Positions 39,929 through 51,734 of a stretch of 64,000 nucleotides of DNA are shown here, one piece after another. The notes below the pieces were generated by a model, which was not told the origin of the DNA, ran no database searches, and saw nothing but the letters and a program-made list of their open reading frames with translations. Origin of the DNA: Octopus vulgaris. Lineage: Eukaryota. Location of the stretch: assembly GCA_951406725.2 (NCBI GenBank), contig OX597825.1, positions 37,138,001 through 37,202,000 on the forward strand, written 5' to 3'. The stretch's first letter is position 1. The number at the start of each line of letters is the position of its first letter. Made by a program: the position numbers and the translations under genes.

Positions 39929-39981
<53 letters not shown>

Positions 39982-39982
<1 letters not shown>

Positions 39983-41115
39983 GAGGTGGTATCAAAAACC
40001 TACTGTATTACTTGTGCGTAATAATATATGACTTATTTACCTAAGTTTTAACATCGTCTCCATCGAAATAGTCACCTTGTGCATTCCTGTCACTTTTGAA
40101 ATCCGGCTTGGAAGTCTTTCTTGTAAGCGAGTCGAGGACCTTCTACTATTCGCTCTGGATATCAACAACGGCATTAAAAGGGCAACCTTTTAGCTGCATT
40201 TTCATCTTAGGAAGATATGGAAGTCCGCTGGTGATAAATGTGACGAATAGATTGTGTGCAGAAGCGATACCTTGCTGTATTTGGCGACAAACTCAGAAGA
40301 GAGGAGAGCTCGATGACACGGTGCATTGTCGTTGTGAACAATCTAGTTCTTCTCTTTCCACAGATCCACTCACTTTTGCTGAATATCCTCCCTTAAACAC
40401 TTCAAAACAACGCAGTAGAACTCTCGTTTGAGGGTCTTGTCCTGGGGGACGAATTTTCAATGCACAATATCACAGATGTCGAAAAAAAAAAACGATGTTC
40501 TTGCTGTTGATTGAACAGCGGTTCTGTAATGCCTTCTTCAGTCATAGGGATGAAGTCATCTTCCATTGTGACGACTGCTGCTTTGTCTCAGGTTAGTACA
40601 CATAGGCCCAATTCTTGCCACCGGAGATGATCCTTGACAAGAAAGATGGGTCATAAGCGGCACGCTGACGGAGATTTTGACAAACTTCGAAGAGATGTTC
40701 TTTCGGTTCAGTGGTCGGCAGGCGGGGGACAAGCTTGGCAGAGACGCGTCACATGTTCCATTCAGAAGTTAAGATTGCCTGCATGGATTCCTACGACTGA
40801 CTAATAGCATCAGCGATGTCGTTGATTGTGTTCCAACGATCTTCATGCACAAGCTTGCCAAGGCATGCTCAATGTCTCAGTAGCAGACTTCTCAAGTCTA
40901 ATGCAAAATTTTACGTTGGTTACTTGTTCGAGCTTCCTTTTCATGACAAAATCGCGGACTACACCATACTTGTGATCACAAAAACATAAATTTCACAACT
41001 TGCAATGTTACTAGGCACACTGCCTCATGAAAGTCAAAGCTAACTTTTTCTGCGCACGTAACTGTGTGCTGTCATCTGCTGGCGCCCTAGTCCGGAAACC
41101 TTTAATACCATCTTG
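39982..41115 (-). mobile_element. Degraded mariner inserted in (TA)n
   Basis: TIRs CGAGGTGGTATCAAAA / TTTAATACCATCTTG with TA flanks; minus strand reads HNDNAPCHRALL...YSSHLSPADF. Confidence 0.85.
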
Positions 41116-41179
41116 TATATACATGTGTGTGTGTGTGTGTGTGTGTGTATGTTGCACTCGTGTCAATGATATGTACAAT

Positions 41180-41386
41180 GTACTCATGCCAATGTTACTT
41201 AAACGCACCGATGCCAGTGGCACGTAAAAATCATCCAGCACATTCTGTACAGTAGTTGGCGTTAGGCAGGACATCCAACCATAGAAACTATACCAAACGA
41301 GAAAACTGGAGCCCAGACAGCTCCCCTGTTGGTCAACTTCTGTCAAAGCATCCAACCTATGCCAGAATAGAAAACAGATGTTAAAC

Positions 41387-41422
<36 letters not shown>
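41180..41422 (+). mobile_element. SINE 3' part ending in (GAT)n
   Basis: gttggcgttaggcaggacatccaaccatagaaac motif and a gatgttaaac(gat)n tail. Confidence 0.6.
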
Positions 41423-41949
41423 AATGTACACATACACACACATACACACACATTTCTGCTTTATATATAATCATGCATAAAACTTCAAGCAGGCAGTAAG
41501 TGAAAAAGTACATAAAATATTCAAGTCGACTTTCAATTTATTTGTTTACATGAACAATTTTGAAAGGAATTCTGAATAAACTATGTTGATGAGCCGCGCA
41601 ACCATATAATGTATACATCATAAATTTTGCCGCGTAAAATATAACAAGTGGTATATTAATACAGAGTGAAAAATACATTATACACATACAGTACGTACAG
41701 CATACCTAATATCTATATCATAAAATACCCATTAAATATATTAAACACGCAAATAACAATAGAGATCCAAATTTAAACGAATTGGAAATTGAAAACGAAG
41801 TGGAATTATTAAAAAATTGAATGCCATGAAACAAAAATAAAAATTTACAGTGTAATTTACAAAAGCGCTACAAATAAGAAAAATATTTATATAATTCTAC
41901 ACACACACACACACACATAGACGCACGCACACATATACACACATTTATA

Positions 41950-42694
41950 GGAGGGTACCCAAAAGTAACCGGAAACGTTCACTGTCGGACAAAATCGTAG
42001 TAGTTCAGGCTTCCGCTGCTAGAAGCATTCGATGCATCTCTCAGGCATCAGTCTGCCGACTGCCGTCTTCGGTTGCAGCCATACAGCCACGTGGTATATC
42101 TTTGTTTTGTAGTGATACCCCGCTGTTGTCCCATTTTTGCGATGGCTGTTAAGAAGGTACAGCTTACCACTGTGGAATTCTGTTTTTTGCTGGAGAAAAC
42201 GGTGGCCGAAACAGTTGCCATGCTTCAAACAGCTTACATGACGCTGCTATGAGCAAAATACAATTTTACGAGTAGTTTTCACGCTTTGAGAATGGTCACT
42301 TGTCGCTTCAACACCAAACTCGTTCAGGATGACCGTCAACCTCCCGAACGAATGAAAACGCCTTGAAGATCTAAAGCAGTCACGACTGAATGCGTATCTT
42401 GAACTGAAGGAACAGTTGGAAGTTGATCCAAAACTTTTTTCGAAGGTCATCACTGGTAACGAAAGCTGGTGATACGGAATTTTGAAAATGTAGAAGAGGT
42501 GAAGAAAAAAAAACGACGGGATCATTAAAAGGTATCACTTCGCAAGAGTTTCAGCTTCGAATAGTAGAAGACGTGTCTGGATCGATGCATTGCTTCAAAT
42601 GGAGAAACCTTAGAAGGCGATAAAGGTGTAAACATGTAAAGCTAGGTGAAATAAATAATATTGCAAAATTCCGGTTACATATGGGTACCCCCTC

Positions 42695-42695
<1 letters not shown>
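41950..42695 (+). mobile_element. Internally deleted mariner
   Basis: TIRs GGAGGGTACCCAAAAGTAACCGG / CCGGTTACATATGGGTACCCCCTCA; MAVKKVQLTTVEFCFLLEKTVAETVAMLQTAY, RSG*PSTSR and VITGNESW. Confidence 0.85.
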
Positions 42696-42741
<46 letters not shown>

Positions 42742-42899
42742 TACATACATACATATATATATACATATATATATACATATATATATATATGTATATATAT
42801 ACGCATATGTATATAATATATATATGTATATGTATAAATATATATACATATACATACATAAATACATACATATGATATGCAAACAGATTTGTTTGAACA

Positions 42900-43082
42900 T
42901 TTGGCAAAATCCTTAGTGGCATTTCGTCCGTGTTTGTGTTCTGAGTTCAAATTCCGCCAAGGTCGATTTTGCTTTTTATCCCTTTCGGGGACGATAAAAA
43001 GAGTACCAGTTGAGCCCTGTGGTCAATGTAACCGACCTGCTCCACACCTAAATTACTGGCTTTGTGCCAAAATTTGAAATCA
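42900..43082 (+). mobile_element. SINE family A, 5'-truncated
   Basis: gttctgagttcaaattccgccaaggtcgattttgc...gccaaaatttgaaatc. Confidence 0.85.
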
Positions 43083-43762
43083 TAGGGTGGAGGGAAGAAG
43101 GTACTTTTTACACAAATTTTCAAAATATGTTTTTATGAATATATTTTGTATTGCGAAATTCTTTAAAAACAACCGTGTGAAAATCTGAAGTTCTTAAATT
43201 TACATCTACAGGCTCTGCAGCTCACTTGAAACTTTGAATAATGAGCGAAAAATCAATTTATATCACGTTTGCCGTTCCTCGTTTTATTTTTTACATTCAT
43301 TGTTGCGAATCGATATTTTTTTGCATAATTCTTTAGAAACGAGAGTGTTAAAATCTCAGGCTCTAAAAATTATATCTCCAAGCTTCGCAAATTTTGAAAT
43401 TATGTGAAATAAATAGACTTTTCGATTTTGTTTTCTTTATCATTTTTAAAACTAGGTTACCGAATATATGTGTCACTTGATATCTAGATTACACACACAT
43501 CAGAATATAATAAACAAATTGCCAAGATTGTAGCAGAAAAGATAATTCTTCTTTGGCAAAAAGCAGAAACCAAAAATCTTAAACTTTCCTTTGCTGATGT
43601 AGAAGAGCGAGACTGTGATCTAGCCGATTCTTTCTTATCAACCTTTCTAACCATTCCACCAATGCTCAATTTTAGATTTGCCCGTTGATTTTGTAAATAA
43701 TCTTATTCTCTCTGTGGAACTTTTTTGTCTCTACTACAACTGCAGCCCTTTCGCTCCACCTA
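43083..43762 (-). mobile_element. Short hATm-like non-autonomous element (same family as 19268-20838)
   Basis: Termini TAGGGTGGAGGGAA / TTCGCTCCACCTA; collinear with 19268-19985; no clear 8-bp TSD. Confidence 0.7.
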
Positions 43763-43899
43763 ATATACATATGTATCTACAGAAACATACATATCGTGTT
43801 GAAGGTTACATATAAGCTATAAATAAATATGAAAAGAAAATTTAAAGGATAACTATATCAGCGATAGAAGTTAAAATAGTAAGCAAATTTGACTGAAAA

Positions 43900-44304
43900 T
43901 CTTTGTATCTATAAACAGCAAAATGTCTGTGTATCTGTGTGTCCTTTATACAAATTCGCAATTTTTCACGTAAACGGCTCGCATTTTCTATAGGCTTTCA
44001 AAACTGTCCAAGGGTGGTCGCGGAGATCTTTTCATTTCCCCCAGTCACCCCAGAAAGCCATTAAAAAATCGATAAACCGACCCCTTATGCCCACAAATTA
44101 TGGGCATATGGGCTTTGCCGAAGTCCAATGAATATTAATTACTCTCATAAAAAAACTCCAACTAACTCATAAACAACAAAATTGGCCCGGGCTGAAATGT
44201 GATAAGAAACTTAGTTCTTGATTTAGTGAGAAATTTTTACTGCGACCCAGCAACGAACAACAAGCACTAGCATTATACCCGGCAACACCAGGTCATAGTG
44301 CTAG
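43900..44304 (+). mobile_element. Non-autonomous Helitron
   Basis: 5' A|TC start, subterminal GC hairpin acccggcaacaccaggt and 3' CTAG|T end. Confidence 0.75.
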
Positions 44305-44859
44305 TGTTACATGAAAATGATAACAGACTAGAAACCAATGCAAAAATTATTAACAAATTATCTTGATGAATTAAAACGTTACAATGACTATGTTCAAGAC
44401 GCTTATGAAATAACAAGCTGGCCCCGTGTCTCTACTGACGGCTAATGGTAGTATTTTATATATAAATAAGGTACAAAATAATCACAGATATAAACATTCA
44501 CATACTTCACTTGTACACGCACACACATACATACATATACTCACACAGAGTTGAAACACTGATTTTTTCTTTCCAGCGTTGAATGTTCACCATCCCGCTT
44601 CCATTGCAGACAGACATGCACACAAACACAAACACAGACACACAGTTACACACACATACACACATACATGCACACACGCACACAAATACACACACATTCA
44701 CATGATTCCTTTTACATACACACATATATACTCACGCTGAGTTGAAACGCAGTTTGATTTTTTTCCCCTTGAACTTCCATCATTCCACTACTAAGTTTGC
44801 CTTCACACTGTCCTTCCTTATTCATCTATCACCCCTTCCTTTCTCATTCATATGTTGTG

Positions 44860-45550
44860 ACGACGAAATACACAAGAGTATTATTATAGTAGATTTTTGT
44901 GAAATGCTTCCAAAAGTTGATATCTTTAAACTTGAAATATTTAAAAGGTTGCTAAAACTTCTTTTTCTTGTTGTTAGATGTATATAGGTACATTGCTCGT
45001 CTGCAATTAAAAATGTCTCATTTAGGCACTTTTCGACAAATTTAAACAATGTTTTTACCAGAGTTAGTCTTAAGTTGGGATGTAAAATTTTTGCTATTCA
45101 GCTGTCTTGATAACAATTGGATCAATTGCGGTATGGCAGTGTTTTCAATGATTGACTTATCTATTATGTTTTCTGTATACTCCAGATATACTATTACATA
45201 CTCCTACGAAATAAGTAAAATCATCGAAATTATTTTAAGATCTATTAATTAAAAAAATATGCAAGCCACTTGTTTTCTCTTTATTTATGAACAAACATCA
45301 AGCTGATAATCTGCAGAAGAAACAAGACTTTTGAATTTACTCAGTTTAGTGTAATGGGGTTTTATCCATGTACCACAAAACGTCAGTGCTTTGTTTGGAT
45401 ATTTCTATGATCCGTCATAGAGTATGTTTTATGTATATCAAGTTGTGAGATTACAGTTACAGAACAATCGGAATTCATATATGTTATTATTAGCTTTGTA
45501 ATTCTATTTACATGTCTGTTGTGGTTTCTTCTCTCAGTCTTAAGAATTAA
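44860..45550 (-). pseudogene. Possible very old PLE RT remnant
   Basis: Weak minus-strand resemblance to YWxPKLHK..FRFI, W.I.NS and IKT.DF motifs; many stops and frameshifts. Confidence 0.25.
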
Positions 45551-45938
45551 AGAAGTGAGGCGTTTTGCGTAACTATTTTTATGCAAAACGCCTCACTTGT
45601 TATCTATTTTGTTATCTATTTGAGCTAGTGAAATGCGTATACATTTGGCTGTATTAGAAGTAACATTGAAGCTAAATGTAAGGTTGAACAAAATAATTGT
45701 TCGATTTTCACCCATATTTGCCTGTGTGTTACTAGCGTTTTTCATGTACTTCATCTCGTTCTTTAAAACACTCTGCCGCTGTCCACTTCGGCCAGCCGGC
45801 CGGCGGCGGAACGGACGCGCTACTCTCGACCGGGCCCGTCACCACGAAAGCGCTGGTACGGCTAACTGACGGAAACGAGCTAACGCACTTTGCCCTCAGC
45901 AAGCACGACGTAGCGAGTCGCGCGCTTTGGGGCCACCC

Positions 45939-47199
45939 GCAACTAAGTTCCTACCGTTTTTTTTAAATTTTCGAATCTAATTTTCTTTGAGAATTCTATT
46001 TTTGAATCATTTTGGAATCTATTTTATTTTTACTCTAGTTAGTTTTAGCTAATTTTTGTTTATTTTCAGATTATTAAAATGGAATGTCATGCTAAGAAAA
46101 ACGAGCATTTTCGACACCTTCTTTTTGCTTTTAATCAAGGCTCTAAGGCCGTAAAAGCTGCTCGCAACATTTGTGCTGTATATGGAGTGGGTGCCATAGC
46201 TGAAAGAACCGCTCTTGATTGGTTTGCCAAGTTCAAAAATGGAAATTTTGACGTCAAAGACGCACCTCGTTCTGGCCGTCCAGTCGAGTTCAATGAAGAG
46301 CGATTAAACCAAATTTGCCCGAAAATTCTCGTCAAACAACAAGGGAACTGGAAGAGAAAATGGAATGCTTCCACACTGCTCTAGAAAAGCACCTTCACTC
46401 GATGGGAAAGGTTCAGAAGTATGGAGAATATGTTCCGCGTGCTTTAAGTGACAACAGCAAAAATCAACGAACCACAATCTCCGCTGGTTTGCTTGCTACT
46501 CACCGCTCAACTCATGGACAAAAGCAACGATTTCTTTACCGAATCGTTACTGGCGACGAAAAATGGTGTCTGTACATCAATATGAAGCAGCGTAAGGAAT
46601 GGCTCAGCCCCGGTAAACAAGCGGACACCGCGCGTAAAACAAGATCTTCATCCGCGTAAAACGATGTTGTGCGTATGGTGGGACTGGGAAGAGATTATCC
46701 ATTACGAATTGCTTGAACGGAACCAAACGGTTAACGAAGAACTCCTCCTTGTTCTACAGATGGAACGACTCAACACGGCTATTCAAGAGAAAAGACCTAA
46801 TCGGCAGCATAGAGTTCTGCTGCACGACAACGCCTGCCCTCATATTGCCAATATGACCAAGGAAGCCATTCAAACGCATGGCTGGGAAGTGCTGCCACAC
46901 CCGCCGTACTCTCCTGATTTGGCAGCAACGGATTTCTACCTCTTTCGATCTCTTTCAAATGGTATGCGCGAAGTTTCGTTCAATACTGATGCAGAATTAA
47001 GAGCATGGTTGCTTTAATTTTTCGAGTCGAAATCGGGTGATTTCTACCAACGAGGTATTGAAAAACTTGCTGAACGTTGGGAAGAAGTTGTAAGCAACAA
47101 GGGTGTATACATTATTGATTAATTACTTGTTATTTTTTTTTATTAAACCCTTTAAAAAATTTAAATTTAAAAAACGGCGGGAACTTAGTTGCTAACCCA

Positions 47200-47200
<1 letters not shown>
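45939..47200 (+). mobile_element. Near full-length mariner (DD34D); outer bases of the left TIR are missing
   Basis: Right TIR AAAAACGGCGGGAACTTAGTTGCTAACCCAA-TA; left GCAACTAAGTTCCTACCGTTTT; about 1.26 kb. Confidence 0.95.
46079..47120 (+). pseudogene. Mariner transposase with frameshifts
   Basis: HTH N-terminus ...WFAKFKNGNFDVKDAPRSGRP, IVTGDEKW, MLCVWWD, LHDNACPH and HPPYSPDLAATDFYLF spread over three ORFs. Confidence 0.95.
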
Positions 47201-47253
<53 letters not shown>

Positions 47254-47735
47254 GTGTGTCTGTATTCCATATTTCATATCTCATATTTTGTCATATATTA
47301 AACTTAGTTATACATTTCAGTATATATATTCACTGCCTTATTTTTTTCACAATACATAGTTTAAAGTTGCTATATATATGTTCATATTTCTTAGTCATGT
47401 TTTTATTACAGATTAGACATTGACATTTTCATTATTTACATTTCGATATCTGTTTAAAAGTTGCAATAGTTATTACATTATATTTTATGTATTATCAAAT
47501 ATTATTTGTATTTTATTGTATATTGTATATTGTATATTTGAAGTCCTACATTCCAGTTTGCTTTATTCTCATAGGCATTAAGTCATAACATCAACGAATG
47601 TTTCAGTCGTAGTGCATTATCACTGATTAAATATCTTGCCGAGATAAAGTAAAATTGCACTGCCCTACTTCATGTGCATCTCTATATTATTTTTCTCTTT
47701 TTCGTCTGTCTGCCCGCCTGTCTCTTTCTCCATTC

Positions 47736-47883
<148 letters not shown>

Positions 47884-49091
47884 CATGCTATTAGCATACC
47901 GATAGCCACTTCAATATTTACAATGCTTGCATCGATTTTAATAGGCAGGACGTTAAATTGATTAGGGAAAAGAAAAACATTTTGTTAATTAAAAAAAATC
48001 TTCTTAATAAATTATTTTAATGATATGTAGATGAATTTTATGTAAAAATTATGCACATAAGCAATTTATTATCATTCTTACAACTACTCTGAGGACAACA
48101 ACAAAAAGTGATGGCCAAACATAAAGAAAGAATTTGCAATACCAAAAGCAAAAAAAGAAGTAACTTAGGAATTGTTAAATTTTTAGATCTATTCTGTACT
48201 GGAGTTCCAATTTTGCCGGCTTAAGTGAGAAAATAGAGAACTGGGGCTGTCAGTGCCATAATCTTTTCCTGAATGACTTTGGCAAAATGTAGGCTTCTAT
48301 TATCGTGTAAGTGCAACATTCTTTTATGATTAACCATTAATGATAATAATTCTCCGTATTAACTGTTTCGATTTGATTTGATATTTCACGATAGTATTCC
48401 ACCGAACACAGAGTATAACTATTTTCAGGTGCAGTCCTGATTTGGGGGTGGATTCTGCTTTTTGCAATGGGCACTTTTCATCACTTGTATGTATTCTAAA
48501 CATGGAAATGTCCAATAGCACGTCTACTCTTCAATTACAAGCAAACAATCTATCAGTTTAGACAAATTTCCTAGTTCATTAAGATGTATTATGATCAAAG
48601 TGTGACTTGAACTGTTTTGCCAATTGTTTTGCCAATTGTTTTGCCAAATGCAGTTTGATTTGAATTTCACTCAGGTAGGGTTTACAAATGCTCAATGTAG
48701 TTTCCATTGCTGAAAAGCACTTTTTGGATTCATAGAGCATGCAGGGTTTATATGGGTTTGATCTAAACTCACAGAATCGATACAAATTTAATCACAACGA
48801 AAAACAATGACAAGGTAAAAAGTTACACTTATTTTACTGTAAGTACTGGAAAAGTTCCATTCCGTCTATGATACATACAGTGGAACGATAACAATAAGGA
48901 TCTTGGTACAGTATTATATATATTTGAAAAAATGAGTAAAGATGGCTTTTTTGGTGGTGATAATTTTTATTTAATCTTTATGATGTTAATGATAACGTTG
49001 TTTGAAGTGAGTAAATATTATTATTAAGATTAAAATAAAAATGATCTCCCCCACCAAATCATCTCTACTAATTTTATCGAATATATATACA

Positions 49092-50319
49092 CAGGGGATG
49101 GACAAAATAATGGAAACAACTTAACATTTCAAATTTATTTGAATAAGGGGATAGGACCGCCTTTGGCAGTAATTACAGCTTGAATTCTACAAGGTATGGA
49201 TTCGTACAAAGTTTGAATTGTTTCCAAAGGAATTGTTGTCCATTCTTCAGCTAACACAGTCTCCAGTTCCTGTAGTGATGATGGTGGGGGTTATCGACTC
49301 CTTACTTGTTTTTCTAAAATGCACCATAAATATTCAATAATATTGAGATCTGGGGACTGTGGTGGCCAGATAAGATGTTCAACTTCATTAGAATGTTCCT
49401 CGTGCCATTCAGTAACAACTTTATCTGTGTGAATTGGTGCATTATCATTTTGAAAGATTGCATTTCCCCCCGAAACAGTTCCGCAACTATAGGATGAATT
49501 TCATCAGATAAAATGCGTAAATAATCTTCACCATTAATTTTGCCATGAAGGGAAACCATTGGCCCGGCTGATTTCCATGATATAGCCCAGCAGATCATCT
49601 CAGATCCCCCTCCATGCAGTCTGGGTCAAATGCTTCTTTTGGCTGTCTCCACACGTTTACTCGGCCGGTGGTCGGAAATAAGGTAAAGGACAACTCGTCC
49701 AAGAAAACATTCTTTCACTGCTCTAGGGACTAGTTTTGTAGGTTTTTACTCCACTCTAAACGCTTTGCAACGTTTGTTTTTGAAAGTAGCGGTTTTCTGA
49801 TTGCAGCCCTACCGTGAGCTTTGCGCAGCTCCCGGCGAACAGCTTTTGTTGAAACTGGGTTGTAGAGGTAGTCATTAAGCTCTGCAGTAATTTTGGGAGC
49901 TGTACTTGTGATCCTTTCTAACAATTCGCGTAAGAGTCTGACGGTCCCTATCTGAAAGTTTTGGCTTTCTTCCGGAGTTTTGTTTCGAAGAGGAGGTTTT
50001 TCCCTCTTTCTCAAAGGTTGTCATTACATTTCAGACAGTACTTCTTGATGCACCAAACATTTCGGCTGTTTTCGTTACACTAGCGCCTGGCATACGGGCA
50101 CCAACAATTTGATCTCTTTGAAAGTACGATAGATCTATCATTTTAATTAGCTTTTTCTGATGATATCTGAAAAGAAACAGCAATTTTAGCAAAACATATT
50201 AAGCAACACTAGTAATAAATCAAGAAACATAAAAATAACAATCTTTTCATGGTTTTATAGATATTTCAAAATTATGATGCTATGATGATAGGTGTTTTCA
50301 TTATTTCCTCCAACCCCTG
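49092..50319 (-). mobile_element. Full-length Tc1 element (DD34E) with a disrupted transposase
   Basis: TIRs CAGGGGATGGACAAAATAATGGAAACA / TGTTTTCATTATTTCCTCCAACCCCTG-TA; TAPKITAELN...GRAAIRKPLLS, FQNDNAPIHT and WPPQSPDLNIIE. Confidence 0.93.
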
Positions 50320-50373
50320 TATACATACATTTTTACTTAAAATAATCTTTTTACCAATACTGTGTTTGCATAA

Positions 50374-50405
<32 letters not shown>

Positions 50406-50409
<4 letters not shown>

Positions 50410-50646
50410 CAACAATTGAGGGTAAAATTAATTAATTATTAATTAATTTCACCAAGTGTTCAGTATGCAAAGGGACGATTTAAGGCGAATTCAAATTATT
50501 ACAATATATAAAAGGGCTTAGTAAAATAAATTACTTTGCCGCATACTGAACTCATTAGAAATAGCAGCTAAATAGCTGCTATTTCTAATGAGTTCAGTAT
50601 GCGGCAAAGTAATTTATTTTACTAAGCCCTTTTATATATTGTAATA

Positions 50647-50652
<6 letters not shown>
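50406..50652. repeat. (TA)n-embedded insert containing a perfect palindrome with 78-bp arms
   Basis: 50493-50570 and 50573-50650 are exact reverse complements; loop AA. Confidence 0.95.
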
Positions 50653-50676
<24 letters not shown>

Positions 50677-50679
<3 letters not shown>

Positions 50680-50885
50680 CAAAATTAAGAGGAATCTCAG
50701 CAGATTTTTCCTGAAAACACACTCTTCGTGGTAATGGCGATTTGACGTCTATGTTTAGCCTATTAGGTCTCCACTTTAGTGGTCATTCATCTTAATTTTG
50801 TATGTAGCAATTTTTAATCTTTGGATTTCTTAAATATGCTAAGCCACTGGTTTCAATTGATTAATATCAATTTCTACCTTTATTA

Positions 50886-50892
<7 letters not shown>
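50677..50892 (+). mobile_element. (TA)n-embedded short insert with a 14-bp inverted 5' segment (probable PLE tail)
   Basis: atacaaaattaaga (50677) pairs with tcttaattttgtat (50790); TA tracts on both sides. Confidence 0.45.
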
Positions 50893-50962
<70 letters not shown>

Positions 50963-51589
50963 CTATAGATACATAGATACATATATATATATATATATAC
51001 ACACATAGATACATACACACGCACGCACTCGATTTAGACCAGTAGCAAGAATAACAACGATAGCAGCACATATATCAGATACAATAATCTCACCCCAAAA
51101 ATTGGAGTGATACTCTAGGAAAGAGATAACATCCTTCTTATAAAAACAGTAATGAATTACTTTAGATCTCAAGCTATGAAAGAAATAAAAAATTGCAACC
51201 CGAAGTTAGTCCCCTTTTTGGAAATGTTAGCCGACATGCCTACTGAATCATTAGAACGCAAATGTTTTTAATATGAAAAAAGTATGGAAAATTACATAAA
51301 ACTTTGAGGGTGAAATCGGGGAAATCAGATCCATGTCACTTAAATATGACTAACAAATGCGTACACTAAAATCTTTTTCAATACAAAAGTCTGGAAGCAA
51401 CATCTGACGCCTTATTTCTCCTTGCTCCCTTCCACCCTCCTCCCTTTTTAAATATATATATTTGTATAAATTATACATTTCAAATCAACCTTAAGAATAT
51501 GCATACCAATATATTTTCAGATGAATACAGAAATATTTTTTCTGTGAAAACGTATCTTATATATTTTTCATACGTATTCACATATATAG

Positions 51590-51731
51590 ACGCAGCTGTG
51601 GCTGTGTGATAAGAAACTTACTTCTCAACTACATGTTTCAGGATTCAATCCCGCTGCGTGTCTTCTACTATAGCCTCGAGCAAACCAAAGCCTTGTGAGG
51701 GGATTTGAAAGACAGAAATTGAAAGAAGCCC
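51590..51731 (+). mobile_element. SINE family B 5' half (its 3' half is at 53829-54020)
   Basis: gctgtgtgataagaaacttacttc...tcttctactatagcctcgagcaaaccaaagccttgtgag...gaaagaagccc. Confidence 0.8.
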
Positions 51732-51734
51732 AAG

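Noticed and set aside
45633-45869. 78-aa ORF running into the GC-rich block
   Set aside because: Spans two compositionally unrelated segments; no recognisable protein
46079-47120. SETMAR-like domesticated gene
   Set aside because: No SET domain; it has TIRs and frameshifts, so it is an ordinary mariner copy
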